Origin: Callorhinchus milii
Lineage: Eukaryota
Direction of reading: 5' to 3'
Length of the DNA: 64,000 nt
Assembly (NCBI RefSeq): GCF_018977255.1
Contig: NW_024704917.1
Span: forward strand, 1 to 64,000
The position numbers and the translations under genes are program-made. Positions 1 through 15,000 of the stretch are shown here, in pieces; position 1 is the first letter of the stretch; every line of letters begins with the position of its first letter. The notes under the pieces are model-generated. The model worked only from the letters and a program-made list of their open reading frames with translations. It was not told the DNA's origin and did no database searches.

Positions 1-3000
1 ATTGAAATATTTATAACCTCCACAAGAGGCCTAATTTCCATGCAGCGTGTGGTGCAGCTAATAAAATGGCTGCCTTATTAAATTATCTGGTCACTGAATC
101 GATGGACCCAAAGTGAATGAGTTTTAAGACAGATCTGTTAGGTTTCTTTCCAGTGTTTTTTTCAACCATTTAGAAATATGATTATTAAATTACAGCTCAA
201 ATTTAATAACGATGTAAATCTGAAAACCACACCAGAAAAAGTAACCAAAACTGGGATAAGTCGTTGACACTGGAGCTCCGATGCATATTATGCTCCGCAA
301 ATTACATGTGAATATAGAACGTAAATTGGAGCTGCTTTGTGGATGTACATTAGACAGCTGTGGCAGCGTCTAGTTAACTGGAAATGGACAATATAATGCT
401 TCTGAAAAATTAGAATTCACACTTTCAGTAATTGGTGACTTCTACTAAACAAAATTCCTTGAAAAAATACCCTTGTGAAAACTGTTCTCAGCAAATTCTG
501 GCCTTACGATGAAAACACAATTCTTGATAAATCGTTAATTTCGTGAGGAGGAAAATTATCAAGAATAATGCAGTGTCCTAGGCCACCTGTAGTTTCACAC
601 GTCTAAAATATAATTTTCACCAGTCTTTTCCTGTCACATTGTAAGCAAGTGATTAATTTATCTTCTCCCATTACCATGCAAAGACGGAGTAGGATATATT
701 ATAATTTATGATGATGTATGTACGTGTAATATTGTACGCCACTGCTGCCGGAAGAGCCTCCATCAGAGGGAGCTCCAGAGAGCCCCCCTAGAGGGTATTT
801 GGCCTACTCTTCTTCGCTGGCCATTCGTCTTGGAAATTGTACGTGTAAATAAATATTATGTTAAAAGTATGTTTATGGTACGTATGTTCAAGCGTGACAT
901 GAACTAAATATCAGAAATGTTTAGGATTGCTTCACAAAGCATCTCGATTCTGAAATTATAAAGAAAATAAAGCTCGCTCAGAGCAAGCTTTCTGATAATT
1001 ATCAGAGCGAGCTTTCTTTTTGTTTATAATAATTATAGTAATTGATTCATATGATAACAATAGTATAGTTCAGGAGATAATGTGTGCAACATTTTCAGTT
1101 TCTTAATTTCTTAAACAATTGCAGTTCATGAAATAAAATAATTGTCATGTATGTGTCACTTAAATGCTAATTCGTTTCAAAGTTCCTTACAAAATGCCGA
1201 AAACAACATAATCGGCCACACAAAAACAGATGAAAAAGCAGAAAATGAAACAGAGCAAAAAAGAACAAAGGAGTTGGAAAACATGAGCTCTGGGACCTGG
1301 CATTCCCACGCAGAACTGACAGGGGTGTTGGAGACCAAAGTAACAGAGTCCGGACGATGGCTCGTGGGGATTTGTTGATTCTTGCATTTGTACAAAACAG
1401 TTGGAAACCAGGGTTTGAAGCGGGCTTGCAAAGCATCGGGTGTATTGCATTTGGTTGATGGTCAGTTTGTTGATAATTGCTGTTGTTTGGACTTTTACAC
1501 CACGCTTATAGTTGCACATATCGAACAACACTGCGTGATGATTATAGAATTTGGACTTGCGTGTTATGCATTCCTTCCACATGTTAGTATCGGTGTGTAC
1601 CATTTCCAAACCTCTGCGATAAAAATGTAACGTGACATTTTAGTGTTGAACATGGTTTCATTTTTGTTTTATTTTTGGCCAATGTTATTTTACTACAATA
1701 TTAAAATAAAATCGTCGACATCATCACAGTTTCAAACTTTATACATATATATGAATCATCGAATATGTTTTTGTATATATGCTAGACAGTTATAAAATAA
1801 CAACACAAATATATTTCAACATTCCTATGATTCTGTCGAGGAATGCAATAGTTGTATTGTAACACACCTCCACATCGTTCAATGATGATAGCCATGTGAG
1901 ATGAGCCTCCTGCACTCTGCCTCTGTTGCACACATTTCTCTTCTGGGCCATGGTGAAACATTGGTATCATTGTCCAAATATATCGCTGACAAAGTGCTGC
2001 CAAATTGCCATTTTGTTCAATTATAATTTTTATTTATGGTACCCTTCAGTAGGTAATGGAGGGTTAAAGGTTAGATTGAATGTGATCATGATAAATAAAA
2101 CACAAATAAATGGCATTCATAAATCATTATTCGAGGCAGCAGACCACTCCTACAAATTAACCGAAATGAGCCCCAGGTAAAGAGAGAGCGACGCACGCTG
2201 TATATAGATCACTATCTTTGTGTGGTGCTTTGAATTGTGGCCATTTTTATATTTCTATTTTGTGTCCATTAGTACAATTACGACGTTTGATGCACCACAT
2301 GTGGACACCTGGCTTTGATGGAATATATCTTCTCCCTTATTTATTTTCTAGTATGTATCTGAATTACAGTATGGGACACAAAACCTGCTAACCACAAACA
2401 TTTTACATGAACAAAATCTGGTCTTTTATGAGTTTAGAAACGTCGGTGAGATATGAAAACGAGCATTACACCATCATGTCTAATGTGTCTGGATTGTTTG
2501 GGCAATTCCGTTACCGTGGAATTGACCATTTAGCTAACATTATTGCAGTTGTATCGTTTGTATGTGATGAATCAACTTGCAACGATGCGTCAATTCTTCA
2601 ATTAAAACCAATTTTCCTTATGATACACGCATAGGGTGCATGTAAATTATATGCAAATGTACGATAATGCTATATTTAGGCGAATAGAGAAAACAAAAAT
2701 ACGCAAATTACACAATGAATGAGAACATACAAACAAGAGTCTTGAATCACATCTTGACCTTGATTTTGTGATAATGCATCAATTAGCCATGTCGGTGTCT
2801 CATTCTATGCCTTGTAATTGATGGTCTGTTAACTTCTTACTGATACATTTCAAAATACAGTACTGTAATGTCTCCAAAGTAACCTGTTAATTTGTTTTAA
2901 ACCAACAAATTCCATGTTCACTTCTAAGTTCTATAACATTGTTATTTTATATGACATTATGCATGCACATTTCATCTTAAAAAAGACTGATGGATGAAGG

Positions 3001-3035
3001 ATAGTGAAAGAAATGAGTAATTCTGTGTTTTGCAG

Positions 3036-6000
3036 TGGTACCTCTACAGCTGATGCTTCCTGCAGGTTTTACTGAAGAATTCCTCTATCCTCTTCTGCTT
3101 ATCATGTGAGTGCATCGACCTTCAGACTGTTTTACATTCTGAAAGCGTGCATGCACTTCAGCTGCTTATCTTCCGTTGGATTTATATACTGTACATTTTG
3201 CATATCTACACGTGAAAATAACGTCATTGTTTTTAATCATACACTACTGCCATTGGAAACTTTACAATATAGATATTTTTAGTGACTTTTTATTAAATTG
3301 TATAATATTCAGATGGATATATATTAAATAAATATATATTTTATCAATGTCAGTGCAAAGCACTTAAAAATTATAATTAGCATAAACTAGTGGCTAAGAT
3401 GCCCATCGTTATAATCATGAGAATCGACTTCGTTTTTTTTTAGAGTACGCTTCAGTCATTAAAATACATATCTAGCAATAACATACAATCACCAGCTAAT
3501 TCAAATATATTAAATGTACTTCTTCTGCTCGCGGACATTTACATTGAGGCGCTATAAATGTATCTTCTGTATAAAGTCAATAGAGAAACCCTGCTTTCGT
3601 TAGTCAACATTGTGTACCATACTGTCACGGATAGCAGATTCCATTGTGCCCAGTCGACGCTGTCAGTATTCTAAATCTATTGACTTTTTGTCATGAAAGG
3701 AGTCCTATCATGAAAGTAATCCTACAGACCTCGATGCCATTTTAATAAGATCTATGGGATTGTGTTTTCTGGGAGGACTTATATTTCAGCTTCTCCTTTG
3801 ATTTGCGGTGTATTCATCGCATTGCTTTTTGACCCTAAATGGATTGTCCTTCCCACGGGAGATATGAAACGGCGCCATGGTGATTTTTGTACAGAAGGAG
3901 ACTTAGAGAGAGATACCTCGAGGCTTTGCTGCAACTTCACAGATATACCTTTTGCCTCTTTGGCCATTTAACTGCACATCAATACAATGGCTTTAGTCAC
4001 CGTGCTTGACTTTCGCAAGCATGTAAATGGACGGTGTGCACGTGGCCTTACACAGAGAGCATGCCCCATGGCGATGATCAATTGTATTGCGTTACTCCTG
4101 GGGATCTCCTCCCCCGCTGTGCAGGATTGACGAAAGGTGCCGAACATGTACATGTAACCCCGGCCCCCGTGTTTTCGGTGACAGCGATGGTGTGCCCGGG
4201 CACCAGAGCGTGTCCGAGGTGTTCGGTTTGTCATGGGAAGCTGCGCTGGCGAGTGGGCATGCAACGATTGTTGCCCGGTTTGACGGACGTGGCGCGGGTT
4301 TCCATGGCAGTCGCTACCTGCACGAGGTGCATCGCAAGCTGGGCACAGTGGAGGACCACGACTATGTCACTGCGTTACGGTGCGTTACCCACGCGCCGAG
4401 CAATGACTCCAGCGCATGAGAATCCCAATGGCTGTGGACCTGTGGAGATATATTTACCGGTGTCATTATTTTGTCATGTGTTGTGGGACGGAGATGTCGG
4501 TTTGCGCATTACATAATGGTGATCACTAAAAGACGCTGCATTGGAAGTTTTGGGGACCTGCAGGAATATCTGTTACGTGGTATTAATATTTGAATGCTTG
4601 TTTATGATTCTTGGATGAGATCGAATTGTAAGCAGGTTGACAGTTCCACAATTTACTTTGAGCAACAACCAATAGACTCCTCTTGTTTAGTATTGCACTG
4701 ATATGGAATTGATGGTAACTTATGCAACAGATTGTGTGCAGTAAAATGCTTCTGAGTAATAACAATAAACACCATCTCGCTCAAAGTATGTATTGCTCCT
4801 GGAATTCGTCTTGAAAATAAAGCAAAAAGTACTGGAATATAACACGTTGGCTTTCGTAAACCAATATGATAAATTTATTTGGCTCAGATCGAGTGGATAT
4901 GTTGATCACATTACGCCATCTATATAAGGCCCAGGGAGGGAGGAGATTTTCACAGTTCTGGAAATCATCTGATGATGCTGGTTACACTTCCCAACGAAAC
5001 GTCGTACCAAATTGTTAAATGTTGTGGATTGCTCTCCAACTTACCGGTGTGTTGAAGCAACTCAAAATGGTACGTTTTGTTCATTGGCAGATTTTGTGAC
5101 AACTTAATTTATTAGGCTGTGTCGAGTATAGGAGGGCGTACAGCACACATTTTGCTCGTGTGATCTGACACATATCAAGTATGAATCTTAGTACTAGAAT
5201 ACTATAAAAAAATATTTCCAATTGTGTGATATTAAACTTCACAATTTAACTTTATATAGCAAAGTGTGCACGCTTCAATGTCTACGTTTAAATTTAGACA
5301 ATTGAGTATCGATTTCGTAATAAATAAACTGTCTTGCAGTGAAATTAGTTTATATTGTATTTTTGTTTTATTGATCACGAATAGCTGTTTGTTATGAAAA
5401 TATAATAATGGCTATGTGTAAAAACAAATGGTTGTTGTTTTAGAATGACTTTTCAAAGTATTTAGCAAAAATGCTGTAAGCAAAAATAATGTGTATTTGG
5501 AGTTTGACAGTTTGTGTTCAGCACGAACGTTTATCATTTTAGGTCACTGCTAGAACTGCCGTACATCGACAAGAATAGGATTGGGGTGTATGGCAAGGTA
5601 TGGCAACTTTAATACCTATATTTTTCATTTCGGCTTCTCATAAAATGTTATAAGCATTGTTGCAAAACACACATTCAGTTGTTGACTCGTAACCCAATAA
5701 AATAGATGTCACAAATGTATTTTGAATCAATATATCTATAAATGCACTCACTATTTTTTTTCAAATCTACAAATAATGTAATGGGGAGCTCTTTTTGTGA
5801 TTTACCATTTTATAATCTCGCAATTGTTTCCAGGACTCTTTGCTGCAGGCAATGACTACGTGAGTGTGCTGCATTATGTCCTTCACGATACATCGCTCCG
5901 TGAACCTGTGTCGTGTCCTCTCAGGGCTATGGGGGTTACCTGGCAACCCTGGTGCTGGGGATGGGGAGGCGCAAGCGCGCTGCGGTGTGGCTGAGTCGCC

Positions 6001-9000
6001 CATCTTCGACCCCATGCTTTATGGTATGCAAAGCAAATTCTGCCGACTTGAGCTATTTGGTAGTTGCTGGCTATGCCAGGGATACCTCGGATTCATTAGT
6101 GTCACAAGATGGTTAGTGTGTAAATATTTGGAAGCTGTGACATTGTGCTAATGCCTTAATGTATAATTTTGACATACTGTAAAATTATACAGTCGTGCTA
6201 CATGTGTAATGGGTTCAACTGTGTTGCAGATGTAGACTTGGAGGCAACACATTTATTCAGTTCCAACACACGGGGTAACTTTCCCCTTAACAGAATAACA
6301 ACCTATGATGGTGACCACCAGGCTAACTACACTAGTTACAACGTAACTGCTACTACGGACTGGCACCAACAGCTTCGGCCCGGGTCCACGTCTTGGAGAC
6401 AAAGGGTTTCTTCCAGGATGAACAACAACCCGGTCCCTCTCGGGACCCAGCTTATATTCTCTGTGGCGTGGCTGGCTCCGCCCTTGGCCACTTCCACCTT
6501 CCAGAATCCTCGGGAAGGATTTGGGTTCTAATCACGTGACCACCCCTAGCCCCCTCTTGGAGCCCCTTTGTAGACTTAACGGTCACGTGTCCTTCCAGGT
6601 CAACCAGAGTGCCATGGCCTCGAATAACCTCATCCTTCGGCCGACACCCACACCCTGTCCTGTCGGGTCGGCACTGTACGCAAAGAGTGGTGCCATCTAG
6701 CGCTGTAATTCAGCACTCACTGGGCCCCTCTAGGGCCGGTACTACACCCACACCACTGTGGTGTCCGCGATGTCGCTACACCGCACGCCGTGTCTCTCGA
6801 GGGCCGGCACTGCACTCAGCATGTTGACATCCAGCAATGTCACTACACATGTATAAGATATACAAATATGAAAGCAAATTGTAAGAATTACCAATCATCA
6901 AATTATTATTAGAGCTAGAGCCTTGTCTTGTCTTCTAAGTGATAATAGCTCTAGTTTTGACAAATGTAAGAGAAGGAAAAATGTTGTGTTAGATTTCCTA
7001 ATCATTTTGGCCTTGCAGCCCAAATCCAGGAAATACTGCAGACGATAGCAGACAAAAAAAGTACAGAATGCAAACACATAATAGACAAATGATGATAAAA
7101 GTTGGGAGAAAAAGAGGAAAAATTGGACAAGTTCACATGCCTAGGAGGACTGATATCACACAATAGAATATGTGAGGATGAAATTAAGAGGATTATCAGA
7201 TTGGCTGCTGCAGCTTTGGAAATACACTACAAGGTCACATAAGATGGCAACATCTCAATTAGAATGAAAACGAGAGTGGTTGACACCAGTTGTGCCAGTG
7301 CTGCGATATGGGTCGCAGTATTGGGCCTTGAGGAGGGCTGAAAATATGAAAAGACTCACTGCAAAACCAGTTGACTGACAAGAATCATGAGTCTACTGAT
7401 GCTCCAATTATTGAGGATCGAACAAATTAGAATACAATTAATACAGAAAATTGCCTTGATGGAGAAGATTGAGGAGAAAAGGTTGCAATGGTTTGAACAT
7501 GTAATGAGTATAAAACGACACAGAATACAATAATATTTGATACTATATATGTACGTAGAGGGAACAAAGAAAGTAGGAACGCAGAAAAACAGATGGATAT
7601 ACATAGTACAGAAAGGTATGATGAAAAAGGACTGTAATTTTCTGAGCGACTAGATGGATTGAAGACATCAGGCAGCGGAAGACCATATCTCGCTTAAGAG
7701 TGAGATATAGCCGAGCTATTTTCAGAGCTACATGCATAGAGAAGCTATTTTAAAATGTGACGAAGATAAATTTTAAATTAACATTTCCAGAACTACAAGC
7801 TTGCTTGTGCTACATCTCCAGCCAAGTATAAAATTGTTGATCTCTCCGTTGTAAGTGAATGTTGCTTGAGAGCGTTGTGCAGACAAGGCACCTGCTCACA
7901 CGTACTCTATTCCTCCTGTAACATTCTTCTCATCTGCATTTTGACAGCATGGTATAAAACACAAACCCCTTTTATAATGCGAGGTTATGGCTTGGCTACG
8001 GGAAGCATAGAGCACATCTGTTTCGCACTGGTGACCAAATGGGCTTCATGAACGAATTAAAGGTTCTTCATTAGAAAACGAAATGACACGGGGTTATAGA
8101 GGTCATTCATAATTGGGTCCATATCAACATGACACTCAACGCTTGCTTAAACCAGGCTGTCAGCACTGAACTCTGAATATCGTTTTCCACTCTATTTGGT
8201 ATACATTATACTGCTTAGGTTCTTGTGATTCTCAGTAATGCTGTGAAATAAAGACATTAAGTTACATAGTTACAAAAAATACGAAAATATAATAGGACAA
8301 AAGGAACATTTTTTGCATAAAGTATAATTTAAGGTGCTGTGATTCATCATTGTATTGTTAAAGATTTGCATTTACAGTTCTGGTTTCCATTGCCCTTGAT
8401 GTGCCCATGGGTAACACAAGGTTTCGACAGTGAGGAACAGCTTGGCATGCGTACCCCCCATTTAATTCTTAATTTAATAGACGACATTGGCTTGAAAACA
8501 CATACCCTTGCAAAGCAGCGCTGGAAGAATGCACTTGTCTTGTGACACTTTGGAGGTATTGACATTGGTAAAGATCAGCTGAGGTGGAATGGTATTGGAC
8601 TTGTGAAGTGTGTTTGTGTAACCTCAACTGTTAATCACAAGTTGTCGTCTTCAATATGGTTCTTTGAGGTTGAGGTTCTGAATCATATGCCTATCACTCT
8701 AACGAATGTGACGAGAATGCTCGTTCATTTATAAGCATTACATAGCTTAGAGGCTAGGAAGTCATACTGATAGATTTTTGGGTCGGGTTCAGGTTAAGCC
8801 AAAACCAATTGAACTGTAACCAGGTGAACTATAACCAATTTAGTTGGTTAAAACAGTCTTAGAAGGTTTCAGTTGCAGTTAAATGTTTGCTGAAAAAAAA
8901 CTTGTTTCAACCGGTTAAAATTGTTCATGAGCAACAAAAACCATACCTATTTTTTTCCATTCCAATTTAGGTTCCGGTTTCAGTTCTGATTATGGTTTGA

Positions 9001-12000
9001 GTACTTGAACCAAAGCGTTTGTGGTTAGACTCTCTGTAGTATAGACAATAACAAACTATGTATATATGCAACTCATTAAAGTTTTATTAAATTGTACTTT
9101 CCTTTTTTTTACGAGATAAATATTTTGTTACCAATGGTACAATATATTTAAGAAAAGCTCGGGGAGTTACGCCAACATCTGTTTCAATATTTTTAAGCCA
9201 AACAAGCCTGATAATTGTAAGTAGCATTGCATTACTGACTGTGTTAATGATGAAGGATGTAAGAAAGACGGAATGCTCTTGTGGGATTGCAGGTTTAATT
9301 TAAATGTGTATAATGGGAAACCAAAGAGATAAATCAGCTTGAGGCCCTATGCCTATGAAAGTATATATATTAGAGTGGCACAAACCCTGACTATTTAGGC
9401 AGCTGCTGTTGAACCATGCTCATAAAAGATTATTTGTTTACCTTCCTATATCTCCTTTTAAAAGTGATTTGCGAGTTAATGTACGGCAAAAATACAAGTC
9501 TCTTGTAAATGCATCCATTCTTATAATAGATTTTCCATAAACCCTAAAAACCCAACATAAAAGCTACTAACAAAAAAAAACCTTTTCGTTACATTTTATT
9601 ATTGTTTGATGTCTCATTTCCACTCTCCTACGGTATCCATCACCCACAAATTCACCCAAATCAACTCTGCATTCCTCCTCCTGGCCCCGAGCACTTGCTT
9701 AAAGAAGGGTGATTTACAGCTTATGTGAAAATGTACAGTGCAAATAAAATGGTATAATGAAGCAAAATATTACAATAAGCTGCAACATGGTGATGAAGCT
9801 TACAATGACATAAGGGATAAGGATGAATCTGAGATCCCTGGAGGTCACATCTAGGTGGCCATTTTACTGCAAATGTCACCCAATTTCCTTTTGAGTATTT
9901 CCTAATGGCTTCTACAATATTGTCAATACAATGCCCTTTTGTAAATTAGGCTGGAAGGTTTTTCATTGTTGGAGATACAAGCAGGGACAGGGTGAAACAA
10001 AATACTGCTCTGACATGAACAGAAGGTCTTAGGTTGTGTGACTGAAATTTCTGTTAGAGCAATTTTAATTAAATTCTGCTAGACTGGTTTTCCATCATCC
10101 GCCCACAACAACTCACGTGGTTTAATGCCAATTTCTTTTTTTCCTTCTTATTTTCTCCTTTTGAAGGTAATAAGCTCACATCGCTTTGTGGCCTGAATAT
10201 GATATGCCAAGCTACCTATATACCTCAAACCATAGGGTAGAGAGTGGGAACACAACTAAAGAGACCGTAAAGAGGACAGCAGGAAAGGTAAAGAGAGAAG
10301 AGTACGTTCGATTGAAGTCGAAAGGCATTTCCATTAAAAAAAATACCAAGCCTTCGATTCCTTACGAAGCTAAATCTGCACGTACAGACCCACAGCCCCC
10401 GGATACATTGCCGTGGTATTTTCTAATCTGGTACCGTAATTGTACTTTAAAAACCTCAGGGATACCCTGCATTGCATAGATCTTGGAGAGGATCTGTAAG
10501 ATGATGCAGCAATCCTGGTGTTGGGAATGGTTTAAACTAGTATTGGGGCACACTGAGGCGCACTTTGTGCACAGCTTGGAGTTTGTGATATGCGTTCTCA
10601 TTGTGTACAATTTAGCGTTCAAAACATGTACAATATCCTATCGGCTATTGTATGGTGTTCCAACGCTGACATTCGCCTTAGTGTGTGCTACAGGTCATAA
10701 TGTGTGTCTGGAATTATGGTGTTAAGCTGTACTGCTTGGCCCTCCCTAATAACGTTAATTTAAGCAGTGATATTTAACAGAGAAGGAGAGCCATTTAAAT
10801 ATTCATAAAACATCAGATAATCATATCATCACATCACTGCATGCAATACATGTTTTAAAGTATTTTTATATATATTTATTTGTGTGATGTATACGTTTAC
10901 ATCATTTCTAAAGCGATTTAAACACAGAAATAGAGTTGAAAATATTCGTGTGAACTACAGTTTGTATTCTGACTCCCACAGCCTCTGCATTTTCTGAGCG
11001 CTATCTGGGCTTGCCAGCCCGTGAGGAGAATGCGTATGAGGTGAGGACCAGCCTTGAATGCAAACCCACTTCTACATTACTCATCTTCATTGTGGAAGAC
11101 AGAGCATGTGCAGAAGCATTCAATACGTGATGCATTTTACATCCATGCCTTTAACATTGTGCATCCACATGTGTGAATTACTGTCATTACATTTTCCTTG
11201 TGCCTTTAGGAAATGAGATGCACATCATCTGCAAATAAATAACATTGCCTCCGTGAAAAATTAACCCTGTATTTGGAAAGATTACGATGGCTTTGTAAGC
11301 CCTTAATAATGGTTTCTTACAGAAGGAGTAAGAATGTTGTTTAACAAATTTGTTTTGGTATATTCATGGGAATTTCCCTTTACATTACATATTGCGCCTT
11401 TTATTGATCATATATCTTCACTAACTTATATATTGTGTTGTTTTTAACAATCCATCTTTCTTGACCATTATCACGTAATTATGTTCTTTGACTGTATTTT
11501 GTAAGGAATTCTACCTTAATATTTTTTCTGTATTTTTTTATTCTGTTCAAATGTCTCACATTCACTTTATCAGGCTGCCAAAGTGAGCAGTCGGCTCAGC
11601 TGCCTCAAGGCCGAACGATTCTTAATCATCCATGGCACAGCTAATGGTAAGAATTCTCTGAAAAAGCGTTTACTATAGCCCTGGTGCAGTTTGTGTGTGT
11701 GTATATATATGAAGTATTGAAAACAATTTAAAATACCATTTATATTCATCCTGTAGCTATCAATATTTTATGAGTTATCTTGCATTATTATTAGACGAAT
11801 AAAAATAATAATTCATAGCCCATTGTATATCCACTGCTGGATGAAGGCATTCTCATGGATATTGTTTGACCATATTTCACTACTGGTCAGTCCAAGTTGC
11901 CCAGGATCAGTCCAGGAATTCAACAACTCAGGTCACCAGGTGCAAAGTGAGTGTGCTAACCACTGGGCCACAGCTCCCCGCATTATTCTAATATTAGATG

Positions 12001-15000
12001 CATTTATTTTTCACAGATCTCCTGAACTTCCTTGCTTGTCCCCTCCCAGGTTTATTTTGTTTAACCATTCATTAGGGTCTGTTAAATATGTTACAACTTA
12101 ACTTTCATTTCCAATAAGATAACTAAGAAAGATAGGAGAGGAGGTGGCATCAGTACCAGTGCAACATTGTGAGTTAGGGCAATCGTCAGCAGAGGCACAT
12201 ACCTACAGTACTATAATAACCCAGGTGTCCTTAACACTCGTGACGTCACTCCACATCGACCAGCCCCCCTCATTAATATTCATGGTCAGGTGACGTCCTC
12301 CAAATAGACACCCCCCCCCCCCATTAATAAAAAATTAGTAGGTGACGTCACACCACATGGGGGGCCGAGGCGCCTCCTCCCCCCTCCTCGGCGTCAACTC
12401 ACAACCCTCACGACAAAGGCAGAACTCTCACGTCACGCGGTCTCCGTAACGCTGTTGAGACATCAAAGTAAAAAGGACGTCATGATGAACAAGGGATTAT
12501 AACCTTTAAATGAAATAAGTCTGTGTCACCGCGGCCTTACAAATTGCACACGAATGGATGCAATTAATATTTTGTCACGGTCTGCTTTTCGCTTGTAAGT
12601 TTCAGATTTACTGCAATACACCCGTCCTTCGACGGGCAAAAGGCTAGTTGTAAAATAGCTTTCTAACCATCTAAGAAGCCTTTCTAGCACAGGTGTTGTT
12701 TTTTATATAACCTTCATCAATTACAGACGTTAAGCACATTTCACAAGAGCATTGACAAGTATTTAAACAACATACTCTTTGCTTCTTTTTGGTAAAGTCA
12801 CGTAGGTAGAAGAAATAAAATAAAATAAATTTTTTTTAATTCACTCCTGAGGACGACCACTTGTGTTGCGATCGAATCGTTGTGATATATATTTCAACCT
12901 ACGTGACCTTACCGAAAGAACCAAAGAGTATGGACTCCTGCAATCACGAAAGCTTCAAATCAAGATATTTAAACAACATGAGATAAGTGTCGGTAATTAG
13001 ACAAAAAACTCAACAAAAATAGAAATGGGTCTTTAAGGAGTCTATAAAAACAAGGCTAATTCACAAAGCACGTTTGAAAGACGATAACATCCTCCTACAT
13101 GGAACATGTGATATTAAAGTGTATTTCATTAAAAAAAAACACATGAATCAGTCTGATCACCAACTGAGAAACCCAATTACAGAAAATTGGAAAGCAGATA
13201 GTTTTCATGATTAGATTAAATTATTCTGTATCATGGGATTTGTGATATCTTAGAAAAATGCAAGACATATTTGTTTTTTAAATCAGGGGAGTTTATAATA
13301 AGCATCACTCAGATATTAATGATATAAAAGTACATATTGGTTAATTTTACTACTTCAGTTGCAGGACTTTGATGATTAACTTTACAGAATAACTTTTTTT
13401 AAAATTGGAATTTGAAATCAACCAGGTAGGGTGTTGACTGTTATATTATGTTATCCAACTCTCTGTTGTATTACATTACATGTCTAAGTATACTAGATTT
13501 GTGTTTCTATTTCATTTATACCTGCTGATGATTGCTTGTGTTGCAATTGAAACGTCGTATGCAAGTATTTAATTTATTATTTTATCTTTATACGTGACTT
13601 TACCGAAAGAACCAAAGAGTTGTAATTTGGGGTTTTACTACTTTTAAACGTTAGTATTTTTTTAAATTATTTAGTTATTTTTCCCTCAAGCTTATCTTTG
13701 TTCCAGTGTAAATGTAACTAATAAAATAACAAAATATGCAACACATTGCAATGTAATGCCGAAGCCAAAACAACTCCTGGCCACTACTTATGTCCTCTCT
13801 CACTGCCCAAATGCAAAGAAGGTGAATAAAGAAGATGGCCTCATTATAAATAGTGTACTTTTCGATTTAAAGCTTTCGTGACTGCAGGGATTCATCTTCT
13901 TGGTTCTTTCGGTAAAGTCACGTAGAAGGGAAGTAATAAAATAATAAAAATAAAACATATTTTATTATAAAAATAAAACATAATATTTTATTATGTTTTA
14001 TTTTTATTATTTTATTACTTCCCTTCTACGTGACTTTACCGAAATAACCAAGAAGATGAATAGTGTACTTCATAATAAATATCCAGCACCAGTGCTCCTG
14101 CATACAAAGTTGTTGTACACTTGAATTAAGGCTGCGCTATTACACCACATGCATTGAGGCTGTGCCATTTCTTACAGGTGTGTTTGATCTGCCAAGCTGT
14201 GGGAAATGTATTTGAATTATACCAAATATAATGTGGTGGTATGTTTTTTTCTTTTTCAGAGATGGTCCACTTCCAGCACACTGCAGAACTGATTAAACAT
14301 CTTATCAGCATTGATGCAAACTACACACTCCAGGTTGAGTACCACAGTTTACAATCACAAATATTAAATTATGTTATAATCAGGCTTTGACAATGCACAT
14401 TTTAGATACAGCAAAAAAATATATAAAAACGGTTTTCCGGAATATTTCAACGTATTTTTTCTCTCATAAATAAAATGAAAGATAAACGATGATAAACTGT
14501 GTAGATGTTAATAGGCACCAGTGTGTTATGGACCTGATTCAGGTGTTGACAATCATACCTACGCTTTAGATTTTTGTTGGGTAAAATTGTGTCGTTTACA
14601 CCACCTACAATGGTATAAATCACCAATTAGGTGGTGTGTTTCGGCCATTGCATCAAGATGTCAATATGATTTAAGCTTTCGTGACTGCAGGGATTCTTCT
14701 TCTTGGTTCTTTCGGTAAAGTCACGTAGAAGGGAAATAATAAAATAATAAAAATAAACATAATAAAATACAATTCTCACGACGTTTCGGCCACAATGCAA
14801 GCAGCCGTCCTCAGGTGAAGAACAAGTCTGTCGGAAAGACAGCGGCTGCTTGCGTTGTGGCGGAAACGTCGTGAGAATCGTATTTTATTATGTTTTATTT
14901 TTATTATTTTATTATTTCCCTTCTACGTGACTTTACCGAAAGATCCAAGAAGATGTCAATATGACCTTATATGTAGCGTCCTATGGAAATAATATAAAAC

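Noticed and set aside
1-3000. Further upstream DPP10 exons or a transposase in the short ORFs
   Set aside because: I found no exon with matching phase and homology, and the ORFs lack recognisable motifs.
10362-10622. Possible LTR integrase fragment (ILSKIYAMQGIPEVF)
   Set aside because: The similarity is too short and degraded to support without a search.
12774-14964. CRISPR-like recurring repeats
   Set aside because: The copies are dispersed, inverted and TSD-bounded in eukaryotic introns, with no regular spacers and no cas genes.
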